The notes under the pieces are model-generated. The model was not told the DNA's origin. It ran no database searches and saw only the letters and a program-made list of their open reading frames with translations. 50,961 bases of DNA from Candidatus Omnitrophota bacterium (lineage in GTDB: Bacteria > Omnitrophota > Gorgyraeia > Gorgyraeales > Gorgyraeaceae). The stretch lies in assembly GCA_013202925.1 (NCBI GenBank), contig JABMRA010000058.1:1-50961 (forward strand), in the 5' to 3' direction. Positions within the stretch are counted from its first letter, which is position 1; each line of letters begins with the position of its first letter. Shown piece by piece: positions 8,752-17,856 of the stretch. The translations under genes and the position numbers were made by a program.

Positions 8752-8833
8752 GCGGAACCTCTGCGGAACGTAACGCTGAACCTATGCGGAACTTCCGCGT
8801 TTGTTCCGCGTACAGTTCCGCGTAAGTTCAGCG
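8752..8833. repeat. Array of 7-mers: GCGGAAC x3 (8752, 8763, 8786) followed by GTTCCGC x2 (8803, 8815), a central GCGGAAcTTCCGC palindrome, and CGCTGAAC (8774) / GTTCAGCG (8826)
   Basis: Read directly in the 94-bp truB-nrnA spacer. Several repeats are spaced 11-12 bp apart. Confidence 0.85.
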
Positions 8834-8840
8834 ATTAAAA

Positions 8841-9809
8841 CTATATATCTCTTGCCATGCCCTGGGCCTTTGCCAACACCTTTTTCTCCACTGCTTTCAT
8901 CTTTCCAAACACAGTACAGCCGCTCGCGGTAACGTGCCCGCCGCCGCCAAAAAATGCGGCGAGTTTATTTACGTCTACCTTACCCTTTGAGCGAAAACTT
9001 ACCTTTATCCTGCCTTCAGTACCTGTCTCGCGAAAAAGCATAGCGATCTCCACGCCCTCTATGGAACGCGCGAAATTTATTATTCCCTCTGTGCCCTCAA
9101 GAGATGCCTTTGTCTTCTTCAGCATCTCTTTGGTGACCCAGAGCCATGCCACTTTTCCGTCGTCCGTCAATTTCAATGTCTGAAGCGCTTCACCCAGGAG
9201 ATTTATATCCTGGAGGCTGCTGGTCTCGTAGATCCTGCCAAAGGCCTCGTATGGATCCACGCCCTTATCTATGAGTTCCGCCGCGATCCTGTGTGTCCTG
9301 GAGGTAGTATTCGTGTATCTGAAAGAGCCTGTATCGGTCATGATAGCCACGTACATTGCCAGGGCCTCGTCATATTCTATCTTTAGTTTAAAGGCCTTGA
9401 ACAGGTCGTATATCATCTCTCCTGTGCTTGAAATATTCCGATCCACCCAGTTGTGTTTTCCAAAATTTTCATTGGAGATATGGTGGTCTATATTTATGAC
9501 GACCTTGTCCGGCGTGATATACTCCGAGACCCTTCCTACGCGGGACAGGTCCGGGCAATCCAGAATGACCGCTGCCTGAAAATTAAAATCGGCCGGTATC
9601 TCCTTTAGGACGTTCTCCGTGCCTTTCATAAACTGCAGTACGTGCGGCACAGGGCTCTCGTTCAACATCACCGCCTTTTTTCCGAGGCGCCTCAATAAAG
9701 ACACCAGCGCGAGCTGGCACCCTATTGCATCTCCTTCAGGATTGATGTGAGAAGATATCAGGAATTTATTGAACTTCTTTATTGCCGTCTTGATTTTGTT
9801 CGCGCTCAT
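8841..9809 (-). CDS. DHH/DHHA1 family phosphoesterase (NrnA-like oligoribonuclease / pAp phosphatase)
   Basis: DHH motif (NIDHHISN), DHHA1 GGGH motif (FFGGGGHVTASG), 322 aa. Confidence 0.85.
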   Translation of the reverse strand: MSANKIKTAIKKFNKFLISSHINPEGDAIGCQLALVSLLRRLGKKAVMLNESPVPHVLQFMKGTENVLKEIPADFNFQAAVILDCPDLSRVGRVSEYITPDKVVINIDHHISNENFGKHNWVDRNISSTGEMIYDLFKAFKLKIEYDEALAMYVAIMTDTGSFRYTNTTSRTHRIAAELIDKGVDPYEAFGRIYETSSLQDINLLGEALQTLKLTDDGKVAWLWVTKEMLKKTKASLEGTEGIINFARSIEGVEIAMLFRETGTEGRIKVSFRSKGKVDVNKLAAFFGGGGHVTASGCTVFGKMKAVEKKVLAKAQGMARDI

Positions 9810-10146
9810 TTTTTAACCTCTCGAATGTCTTTTCCAGGTTTATGCTGTACTCTATGGATTTATCCAGTTTAAAAGAAATCTCCGGCACGTATTTCAGTTT
9901 CAATCTCTCTCCGATGAGCCTGCGGATGTAGCCGACAGCGCTCTGTATGCCTTCTGTGCTGGATTGTTTAGCTGCCTCGTCGCCAAGCACGCTGAAGTAG
10001 ACCTTTGCGTATCTAAGGTCGCCTGTGAGGTCGATCCTTGTCAGGGTCACAAATCCGATACGCGGGTCCCTTAGGTCCTCCTGCAATATCAGGGATATCT
10101 CTTTTTTCAGCTGGCGCTGTACCCTTTCCGAGCGCATTCCCATCAT
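9766..10146 (-). CDS. rbfA: Ribosome-binding factor A
   Basis: RSERVQRQLKKEISLIL...RIGFVTLTRIDLTGDLRYAKVYFS is the RbfA signature. The true start may be the fourth codon (ATG at 10137), which has better SD spacing to GGAGGG. Confidence 0.9.
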   Translation of the reverse strand: MMGMRSERVQRQLKKEISLILQEDLRDPRIGFVTLTRIDLTGDLRYAKVYFSVLGDEAAKQSSTEGIQSAVGYIRRLIGERLKLKYVPEISFKLDKSIEYSINLEKTFERLKNEREQNQDGNKEVQ

Positions 10147-10197
10147 CCCTCCTGTAAGTTTATATTTCCTGCATTGCCGAAGCTGTCTATCGCCCGG

Positions 10198-10902
10198 TCA
10201 TATCAACTTAGAAAACGCCTCCAGACACTTCATCGGCCTTTTCTCGTTGAGAAACAACTCTACTTCTTTTTTGATCCTGCCGCGATTCACCTCGCCTAAA
10301 AATCCGGCCAGGAGCGTCTTTTTTATCAGTGCCTTCGTATGCGGTTCGATCCTGAAACCCAGCCTCGTCGAAAACCTGACAGCCCTGAAGATCCTGGTGG
10401 GGTCGTCTATAAAACTTTTATCGTGCATCACCCGGATCACGCGTTTCTTCAGATCCCTGAGGCCGTTGTAAAAATCCACCAGTTCTCCGAAATCTTTCCT
10501 GTTTATGGACACGGCCATTGCGTTTATGGTAAAGTCCCTGCGGAATAGATCCTGTTTTATCGTGCCTGGTTCCACATCAGGGTATGACGCCGGGGCCGCG
10601 TAGGATTCGCTCCTGGCAGTAACCACGTCTATCCTGAGCGTCCCGGAGACAATGGTCGCTGTCTTGAAGGCGCGGTGCGTAGTTAGTTTGCCTCTCAGCG
10701 TCTTGTTCAGGTCCCCGGCAAATCTTATAGCGTCGCCCTCGACGACAAAATCCAGGTCATAGTTTGGCGCCTTGAGAAAAATGTCCCGGACAGGCCCGCC
10801 CACGATGTATGCGGAAAGCCCTTCCCTGTCAGCCGTTGCGCCTACGGTTTTTATAATGCTGGAGATCCTTTTTGGAAATTTCTTCTCTGGATTTACATTC
10901 AT
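10198..10902 (-). CDS. Short class II tRNA nucleotidyltransferase / poly(A) polymerase family protein (head plus neck only, 234 aa)
   Basis: GGPVRD, DLDFVV, RRDFTINAMA and DDPTRIFRAVRF motifs. The protein ends about 150-200 aa earlier than typical CCA-adding enzymes. Confidence 0.75.
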   Translation of the reverse strand: MNVNPEKKFPKRISSIIKTVGATADREGLSAYIVGGPVRDIFLKAPNYDLDFVVEGDAIRFAGDLNKTLRGKLTTHRAFKTATIVSGTLRIDVVTARSESYAAPASYPDVEPGTIKQDLFRRDFTINAMAVSINRKDFGELVDFYNGLRDLKKRVIRVMHDKSFIDDPTRIFRAVRFSTRLGFRIEPHTKALIKKTLLAGFLGEVNRGRIKKEVELFLNEKRPMKCLEAFSKLI

Positions 10903-12035
10903 TGCTCTATCTTTCCTCTTGCCACAAATCCGGCTATTGCCCTTGCGGCATCAGGGTATGCCAGGAGATTTATCCTTGCCCTCATGCCGATTATCTTCTC
11001 GGGAAAAGACAGGAAATCCTTTACGTGATCTATTACCTGCCCGACTGTATTCGCGCGCACCGCAGTGCCATAGCCGGTAAGGATCCTGCAGTTTCTGGTC
11101 TCCTGGCCCGGTATGGGCTGTATTATGATCATCGGGAGTTTCTTTGAAAGAGATTCTGAGACAGTCAGGCCGCCTGATTTTGTTATTATGCAGTCCGCGG
11201 CCTCCATGAATTCGTCGATATTATTCATGTATCCGAAAACGCACAGCCTGAGGCCCGGGTCTGATTTCTTTTTGCTCAACTCCTCGAATAATCTTTGGTT
11301 CTTTCCGCATATAACGATCACCTGCAATTTTTCTCTTGTGCGGGCTTCGATATCGTAAATAGCGTGGACAATTTTTTTTACCGGTCCTGTGCCAAAACCG
11401 CCGCCCATGATCAATAGATTAAAAGGCCCGTCGTCGAGCCCGAGTTTTTTTATCAATTGCCGGCGGTCCCGGGAAACGCCGAATTTGGGTTCGCACGGTA
11501 TCCCTAAAACCTTTACGCGGTCCTCTTTTATGCCTCGCCGCACCAGGTCCTGCCTGGTTCTTTCAATCGCGCCGATAAAATAATCCGAGGCCCTGGCCAT
11601 CCAGAAGGAATGTGCCAGGAAATCCGTGACGACTGTTATGAGGCGGCCCTTGAAAAGGCCCTTTCTTTTTAATCCTGAGACGATATCAGCCGGAAGAAAA
11701 TGTGTACAGACGACTGTATCAGGATCCTTCTCAAGCACAAGCCTTGTAAATCTTTTTGCGTTAAGGCTGTGGACAAGCCTCCGCATAGGGGCCAAAAAAA
11801 CGTCCACCGCCCTTAGATCTAATAAATAATATAAAAATCCCCAGGCCAGCGGCACCCTGTTTATCAGAAACAGATATACGCGCGGGTATGAAAACTTAAA
11901 AAAGGCATTTGTGTAATCCAGCGCGTCTACTGTGGTCAGTTCGACTTCTTCAAACCCTGCCAGGGCATCCCGGATAGCCTCGGCAGCCTTTTTATGGCCA
12001 ATCCCTGCATATGCGTGAGCGAGAAGGATCTTCAT
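10899..12035 (-). CDS. MGDG-synthase / GT28-family diacylglycerol glycosyltransferase
   Basis: MKILLAHAYAGIGHKKAAEAI N-terminus and a C-terminal GT28-like half (ITKSGGLTVSESL), 378 aa. Confidence 0.75.
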   Translation of the reverse strand: MKILLAHAYAGIGHKKAAEAIRDALAGFEEVELTTVDALDYTNAFFKFSYPRVYLFLINRVPLAWGFLYYLLDLRAVDVFLAPMRRLVHSLNAKRFTRLVLEKDPDTVVCTHFLPADIVSGLKRKGLFKGRLITVVTDFLAHSFWMARASDYFIGAIERTRQDLVRRGIKEDRVKVLGIPCEPKFGVSRDRRQLIKKLGLDDGPFNLLIMGGGFGTGPVKKIVHAIYDIEARTREKLQVIVICGKNQRLFEELSKKKSDPGLRLCVFGYMNNIDEFMEAADCIITKSGGLTVSESLSKKLPMIIIQPIPGQETRNCRILTGYGTAVRANTVGQVIDHVKDFLSFPEKIIGMRARINLLAYPDAARAIAGFVARGKIEQ

Positions 12036-12036
12036 A

Positions 12037-12204
12037 TTAAAATAATGTGTAAATAAACGGCGCTACTGCGGATGATTGTGTAAAGAATATCAGAAGCCCG
12101 AATAAGAGAAGCACTATCACGATCGGCATCATCCACCACAATTTCCTCTCCCATAAAAACCTAAAAAGTTCCCCGACTATCCTTATCCTTGCCTTAATAC
12201 CCAT
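12037..12204 (-). CDS. Small membrane protein, DUF5989-like (55 aa); absent from the supplied ORF track because it is under 60 aa
   Basis: Hand translation gives MGIKARIRIVGELFRFLWERKLWWMMPIVIVLLLFGLLIFFTQSSAVAPFIYTLF. GGAGG lies 7 nt upstream of the ATG. The stop is 1 nt from the downstream ATG. The basic-helix / WW / TM / APFIYTLF layout matches my recollection of the DUF5989 family. Confidence 0.7.
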   Translation of the reverse strand: MGIKARIRIVGELFRFLWERKLWWMMPIVIVLLLFGLLIFFTQSSAVAPFIYTLF

Positions 12205-12728
12205 CCGACTGCCTCCATTAGATCCTTTTTTATAAAATCAGGTCTTATCTCCCAGTTTTTCACATCTGCCGGATTTTCCTTTCCGGTCAGGACCAGGATC
12301 GTCCTGCATCCCATGGCCTTACCGGCGCCGACATCATGGCGGCTGTCGCCGATAAAATATGTATTTTTAAAATCTATATCCAGGCCGGCTGTTGCTTTTT
12401 TAATCATGCCTGGCATGGGCTTCCTGCAGGCGCATCCCTCGTCTGTAGAGTGGGTGCAATACGTGACAGAGCGGATCCTTCCGCCCTGCCTGTTGATCCC
12501 TGCGAGCATGTTCCTGGTAATCTCATCGAGGGCAGCTTGCGTAAAGAGGCCCTTTGCCACCCCTGCCTGATTGGAAATCACAAATATCTCGTAGCCATTT
12601 TCATTGAGTCCTTTAATGGCGTCTATCGCGCCGGGCAAAAACTGGAATTCGCCCCAGCTCTTTATGTAATCTCCGAACCCCGGATCTCTATTTATCACAC
12701 CATCCCTGTCCAAAAATATCGCCTTCAT
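12183..12728 (-). CDS. gmhB: D-glycero-D-manno-heptose 1,7-bisphosphate phosphatase (HAD-IIIA)
   Basis: FLDRDGVIN HAD motif I, Zn-binding C-x-H...C-x-C-RKP (YCTHSTDEGCACRKP), 181 aa. Confidence 0.85.
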   Translation of the reverse strand: MKAIFLDRDGVINRDPGFGDYIKSWGEFQFLPGAIDAIKGLNENGYEIFVISNQAGVAKGLFTQAALDEITRNMLAGINRQGGRIRSVTYCTHSTDEGCACRKPMPGMIKKATAGLDIDFKNTYFIGDSRHDVGAGKAMGCRTILVLTGKENPADVKNWEIRPDFIKKDLMEAVGWVLRQG

Positions 12729-13510
12729 AATTCTTCCTTCTTGGTGCGTTTGAGCTCCCAGTATTTTGCGTAGCTCATGATCTGGTAGAGCGCGCCGTGC
12801 ACCGCGATCACAAATCCCACCATGCCGTCCCTGAAACCCTGCTTCCTGACATAGGAGCGGAAAAACCTGTCACAGGCCTTCCAGAGCATCTTTGCTATGC
12901 CAATCTTTCTATTCTCATTATACCATTTCTCTGCCTCAAGGTCTGTCTGTCTGTTCAATCCGTAAAAAAGGTCTGAAAAATCCGCATAGCCCTTGTGTAT
13001 GATATCTTTTTTCAAATGGCCGCACTTGCCGTCGAGGATTACGCAGGGGTGCACGCCCACTTCTTCATATTTAAACTTCGACTTTTTAAAAAGCCTGAGC
13101 TTTCCGGCCGGGTACCAGCCGCCGTACCTCACCCAGTAATCGCCTATGTAGGTCTGAAGCGGGATGCTGTAGGCATTGAACTCGCTCTCCTGCGAGATAG
13201 CCTCGGCTATCTCTTTTTTTAATCCCTCCGTAACTGTCTCGTCCGCGTCCAAACTCAACACCCACTCGTTTTTTGCCTTCTGATACGCCCAGTTCCGGTG
13301 CACGCCTTCCACATCCATCCGCCTCTGAAAGATCTTATCCGTATATTTACGGGCCAGCTCAACGGTCTTATCATGGCTAAGATCATCCACTATGATATGT
13401 TCATCTGCCCAGCCCTGTGTGCTCTTGAGGCAGTCCTCAATCCTTTTTTCTTCGTTATAAGCGATCGTGACTACTGATAAAGGGATTCTAGTCATCTTTT
13501 CCTCTCGCAT
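12725..13510 (-). CDS. Family 2 glycosyltransferase (LPS-core type)
   Basis: LSVVTIAYNEEKRIEDCL and LDADE motifs, 261 aa. Confidence 0.8.
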   Translation of the reverse strand: MREEKMTRIPLSVVTIAYNEEKRIEDCLKSTQGWADEHIIVDDLSHDKTVELARKYTDKIFQRRMDVEGVHRNWAYQKAKNEWVLSLDADETVTEGLKKEIAEAISQESEFNAYSIPLQTYIGDYWVRYGGWYPAGKLRLFKKSKFKYEEVGVHPCVILDGKCGHLKKDIIHKGYADFSDLFYGLNRQTDLEAEKWYNENRKIGIAKMLWKACDRFFRSYVRKQGFRDGMVGFVIAVHGALYQIMSYAKYWELKRTKKEEL

Positions 13511-14199
13511 ACAAATATAAAATTCCTTGCAAAATAAAATGGCGTAAGAAAATAAAGAAACAACTTCCTGAAAAACTTTCTCAGCGAACGAACCTTTCCG
13601 TCCTTGAAAAACACGGGGACCTGGTTATGCTTAAATGCCTTTAAAACCTTAAGTTGATTCTGTTCCAAAAAATGCCTCCATTCATTAAAACTTGCCTCGC
13701 GCTCTATTATCTGAAATCCCTTATCTTGAGGCCCTCCCTTAAACAGGATATCCAGAAGCCTATGCATTGAGAATTGATTTGGAAGAAGAATCACGGCCTT
13801 TCCATTATCCTTTAAGAGTCCCGCGATCTCCCTACAGCCTGCTTCAGGGGATCCAAAATGTTCCAAGCTCCCCAGACAGGTCACGTAATCAAACTTAAAA
13901 TTAAAACATATCCTTTCTCCTTCGCTCAAGGCAAGACGTGAACGAGGACTGTTCATCCTCGCCTTCTTCAGGCTCTCTTCGGACATATCCAACCCGAATG
14001 TATTCGCTCCTTTCTTCTCCGCCTCTCTCAACAGGATCCCTTCTCCACAAGCAACATCAAGCAGCGTCTTTCCTTCCAGATATCCAAGAATAGAAACAAT
14101 GAGTTTATAGTAATGCTCGCCTTCGCGCAATCCATGCTGCAAAAAAATCCTGTCATAATGATCCGCTACTTCTTTTTTGGACCTTGTCTTTCTGTTCAT
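13492..14199 (-). CDS. Class I SAM-dependent methyltransferase
   Basis: Motif I LLDVACGEGILL, 235 aa. Confidence 0.8.
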   Translation of the reverse strand: MNRKTRSKKEVADHYDRIFLQHGLREGEHYYKLIVSILGYLEGKTLLDVACGEGILLREAEKKGANTFGLDMSEESLKKARMNSPRSRLALSEGERICFNFKFDYVTCLGSLEHFGSPEAGCREIAGLLKDNGKAVILLPNQFSMHRLLDILFKGGPQDKGFQIIEREASFNEWRHFLEQNQLKVLKAFKHNQVPVFFKDGKVRSLRKFFRKLFLYFLTPFYFARNFIFVCERKR

Positions 14200-14208
14200 A
14201 TCAACTTT

Positions 14209-15852
14209 CTATCTTGCCCTTAATATCTTGATATTTGTATACGACCTCACTATGCTATAATTTTCATCAAGGTATTCCGTGACCTCGTCGAGATACATCC
14301 CAAGGACCGGCCTGAATGGCTCAAGCCTCGAAAAATTTGTCGCACAGATAACATATCGCGGTTTCTCGCGCTTCAAATCAGACATGAGCTCTTCAAACCA
14401 CGCTGGATGTAAAAATGAGAACTCTGCTGTGTAAAACCTGCCCAGAGGAGGCCTATCAGTAAAGAAATTGTAGGCGCCGAGATCCGGAAATGTAAAAACT
14501 GTCTCGCGCTCGTCTGTATACAATCTGATATATTCCACTGCCAGGTCTATATCCCTTGCCTGATGGCTGGGTACGATCACGCCTTTTGCGCGGCCAGATT
14601 CTATTGCCAAAGGCTCAGGTTCACTATAAGGAATGGCTGTATGCCTCCTGTCCGCCACAAGACTCTTTACTTCCTTAAAAATAAAAAATCTCTTGTTGTA
14701 TTTGTAGAGCGAAAACACGACTGAATAAAGCGGCACGAGTACGATGAATAAAACAGCCAATGCCTTTTTCAAAAAGGCCGCTGACTTTATATTTTTAACA
14801 TAGATATACGCGCGCTCTAAATAAAAGAACATCAGCAGCAATAGCGGCTGAAGCGCAATCCTGTATTGCGGCCCTTCTATGTCCCTGAAGGCAGCTTTAT
14901 ATAAAAGCAATCCGTAGATAAATACCGGTATCATTGCAATATCAAAAAGCGTATTGTTCCTCTTTATAATCCTGAAAAATAAATAAATGCCCACCGGGAC
15001 ATACAGGAGGGTAGGCAGTGTGTATTTAAAATTGTGATTTGTCGGCGAAAAGGCCAGGAGAAACTCCTTGAAATTCCTGGGTGTTTCAAAACAGAGTGCC
15101 GGGTCAAAGACATCTGTCCTGCAAAGCGCGATCAATGTAGTCTTCAGCGTGGATACAAAAGGGATAAAGGCGCTATGGGAGACCAGATAAAATATAAAAG
15201 GAAATGAAACTATAAGGATCCCTATAATATAAGTAAATAAGGGCCTTATAGCCGTCTCTATATCCTTTTCAAAATATGCAAAGAAGCAGATCATTGCGAT
15301 AATCGAAATAATACTAAAGGCCCCTATCTCAAAACTTGTCCAGAAGCCGATGCCGGACACTATTCCAGCAAGAAATAACCACAGCGTCTTCCTTGTCCTT
15401 AGAAAATTTACAGCCAGAAGGATCGCCAATATCCCGAACCCGAACCGTATCCCGCCCCATACAGCAAAGGTAATCCTTGGAAATGTCCTGGCTACCAGAA
15501 CCAGTGCAAAAAGATAAGCAAATCCTCTTGTCTTAAAAATCTTCAAGGCAAAAATCGCATAGATTATCAGCGTCAGGACCGTGCCAAAATAAAAATACGC
15601 GTTCAGCACCCCGATGTGCTTTCCGAAATGTTCCATCAAATAGGCAGGCATCAATATCTCAAGGGGCCCCCTCAGCACAAACATATCCCTGTAAAACACC
15701 TTTCCATGAAAGAATTCGCTTATCTGCGGGAGATAGATCCCTGTCTCGTAAAAATTTATAGCGCCATGCATAAAATGCGGCTGCAGCGTAACCACCGAGA
15801 CAATCAGCGCAAGCGCTAACCAATCTAAAATTGCCGCCCTATTATTCTCCAT
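14209..15852 (-). CDS. Polytopic membrane protein with a C-terminal soluble domain; possible GT-C-type glycosyltransferase or polymerase
   Basis: About 12 hydrophobic segments over the first ~390 aa, then a hydrophilic tail. Lies inside the glycan cluster. No firm family motif recognised. Confidence 0.4.
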   Translation of the reverse strand: MENNRAAILDWLALALIVSVVTLQPHFMHGAINFYETGIYLPQISEFFHGKVFYRDMFVLRGPLEILMPAYLMEHFGKHIGVLNAYFYFGTVLTLIIYAIFALKIFKTRGFAYLFALVLVARTFPRITFAVWGGIRFGFGILAILLAVNFLRTRKTLWLFLAGIVSGIGFWTSFEIGAFSIISIIAMICFFAYFEKDIETAIRPLFTYIIGILIVSFPFIFYLVSHSAFIPFVSTLKTTLIALCRTDVFDPALCFETPRNFKEFLLAFSPTNHNFKYTLPTLLYVPVGIYLFFRIIKRNNTLFDIAMIPVFIYGLLLYKAAFRDIEGPQYRIALQPLLLLMFFYLERAYIYVKNIKSAAFLKKALAVLFIVLVPLYSVVFSLYKYNKRFFIFKEVKSLVADRRHTAIPYSEPEPLAIESGRAKGVIVPSHQARDIDLAVEYIRLYTDERETVFTFPDLGAYNFFTDRPPLGRFYTAEFSFLHPAWFEELMSDLKREKPRYVICATNFSRLEPFRPVLGMYLDEVTEYLDENYSIVRSYTNIKILRAR

Positions 15853-15902
15853 ATCCCCTTCCCAAAATACTTGACAAAAAAGTCATTGACTAAAATGTAA
15901 AC

Positions 15903-16610
15903 TTATTTATGGCACATGGCCATGAAGTCAACGCAGTGGCGCAGGCCCTGTTCCTTCCAGACAAATTCAGCCACTGTTATATTATTATAAAACCCGCTGA
16001 CAAATATACCAAGTTTTTTCAACCGCTCGTAAAACCTGAGCCGCGGCCCGTAAAAAAGGCCGTGTATCTCGTATTCCGGGAATACCCCTTTTATCAATGA
16101 GTCAAATTCAGCGTAAGTAAATTCCTTGATATGAAAAGGGTTTTTTTCGTATGGCCGGTTCGGCTTTTTATTCTTATCCAGATTCAAAGTGGAGATAAAC
16201 GCAGTACCGCCCTTTTTCAATACCCTATTTATCGCCTCCAGGGATTTTACCAGGTCTGCCTCAGGGATATGCTCGATCACATGGAAGGCCACGACTGCAT
16301 CAAAGACCTCATCGCTGAAATGCAGATCCCCGCACGATGCCTGCCTGAAATCCAGGGTGTTCCTTTTATATTTGGCGCTGGCAAGCTTTACGTTTTTCTC
16401 CAGGGCATCTACTGCCATTACGCTATTGGCATGGCCCGCAAGAAAATCCGCGCCGTATCCGTCGCCAAAACCTATTTCCAGCACGTCCTTTGCCTTTAAA
16501 TAAGGGAGCGCAAAGTGATAGGCGCTGAGATGCCCTGCCAAAAACTTGGGCGGCGTCTCTTCAGGCAATATGCCGGAGCCTCCTGGTCTTAGACTTTCGT
16601 GTATCGTCAT
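15903..16610 (-). CDS. Class I SAM-dependent methyltransferase
   Basis: Motif I VLEIGFGDGYGADFL and a downstream VVAFHVIEHI motif, 235 aa. Confidence 0.8.
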   Translation of the reverse strand: MTIHESLRPGGSGILPEETPPKFLAGHLSAYHFALPYLKAKDVLEIGFGDGYGADFLAGHANSVMAVDALEKNVKLASAKYKRNTLDFRQASCGDLHFSDEVFDAVVAFHVIEHIPEADLVKSLEAINRVLKKGGTAFISTLNLDKNKKPNRPYEKNPFHIKEFTYAEFDSLIKGVFPEYEIHGLFYGPRLRFYERLKKLGIFVSGFYNNITVAEFVWKEQGLRHCVDFMAMCHK

Positions 16611-17464
16611 AAAATCTTAAACCTATCCTTAATAATATCCAGCATCTGGCGTGTCCGCTGCACATATGTATGCTTCTCTACAGTAAGGGCGTAGCCCCTC
16701 TCTGCTATCTCTTGCCTCTCTTTATGGTTGGTGAGATAATGATCTATCGTTCTGAACAGGTCTTTTGGGCCATCGAATATCACTATATTCTTCCTGTCTA
16801 TGAATCCCAGCCTTTCAGCGCTGTCGTCCCTCAATCTCTTCATAAGAAGCATGGCCCCGCACGCCATGATCTCATAATTCCTCATGGTAAAACATTCGCC
16901 CCTGACAGGAAAACTAAAACCTATCTTGGATGAACTGTATATCCTGCTCATTTCCATGTGATCAGCAGGCCCTATCAGGCTATTCGGATATCTCTCTCTT
17001 ATTTCCTGAAGATAAAATTTTCTGGGTACCCCTCCGTCTGTCCCCACAAAACCTATATCGCAACTCCTCTCAATACTCAACCTCTTGTGTATCTCGGTAT
17101 CGCAGCCCGCGTTCATCCATATTATCTCAACAGGGGATCTTTTTCTGAGTATATCTATCTCTCTCCTCATGGGGCAAAATACAAGATCATACGCGCCGCC
17201 ATATATATGTCTTTTTATCTTCTTAAAAGGGCCTTTTAAATGCACATCTGAAACATAATAGATCCTGGGCGAAAGGGTCTTGGGAATAAGATAATCGTAA
17301 TACCCGTCATCTATACGAAAATAAAGATCAAACCCGGGTTTTATTTTAGCCATGTCCTTTGGCCAAAAATGCTCTACATCATGACGTAAACTCTTAAGCG
17401 CCTTTTCAAAATAAATACCCAGTGTATCGGACCGTTCTTTGCTGAATATAAGCGAGATCTTCAT
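16607..17464 (-). CDS. CgeB-like / Glyco_trans_1_2-type glycosyltransferase
   Basis: C-terminal FTMRNYEIMACGAMLL resembles the CgeB-family GT-B C-terminal motif, 285 aa. Confidence 0.5.
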   Translation of the reverse strand: MKISLIFSKERSDTLGIYFEKALKSLRHDVEHFWPKDMAKIKPGFDLYFRIDDGYYDYLIPKTLSPRIYYVSDVHLKGPFKKIKRHIYGGAYDLVFCPMRREIDILRKRSPVEIIWMNAGCDTEIHKRLSIERSCDIGFVGTDGGVPRKFYLQEIRERYPNSLIGPADHMEMSRIYSSSKIGFSFPVRGECFTMRNYEIMACGAMLLMKRLRDDSAERLGFIDRKNIVIFDGPKDLFRTIDHYLTNHKERQEIAERGYALTVEKHTYVQRTRQMLDIIKDRFKIL

Positions 17465-17826
17465 ATGTTAAACAGGGGCTTTCTTTCTACTTTGATTTTC
17501 TTGAATATTTTCTGTAATCTAGCTAGGCGGCTGTAAGTCTTTTCTTTGCTTGCAAATAATAGCAGCTGTTTTCTTAAAAATATATTCAAAAAAATATACA
17601 TGAACAAAAATGGGGTAAAACCCTTTTCCGGAACAAAGATATTATTTATCCCATAATGCCTTGTTATCATACGCCTTACCTTTTTACCGGGAAAGCCTTT
17701 TATAATAACGGTGGATGGAACCTTTCTACTAATTAACTCCAAAGAAAACTCTCTCATGTGACGCCATCCAGAGTCGCAAGCAAGAATATATTTTTCAGCC
17801 ATAATTATATTATTCCGATCCTTCAA
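17461..17826 (-). CDS. Hypothetical protein (121 aa)
   Basis: ORF in operon register (4-nt overlap downstream) with one hydrophobic segment (FTPFLFMYIFLNIF). No recognisable family. Confidence 0.4.
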   Translation of the reverse strand: MKDRNNIIMAEKYILACDSGWRHMREFSLELISRKVPSTVIIKGFPGKKVRRMITRHYGINNIFVPEKGFTPFLFMYIFLNIFLRKQLLLFASKEKTYSRLARLQKIFKKIKVERKPLFNI

Positions 17827-17856
17827 ACAATGTTTTTATATTTTCAAAAATCATAC

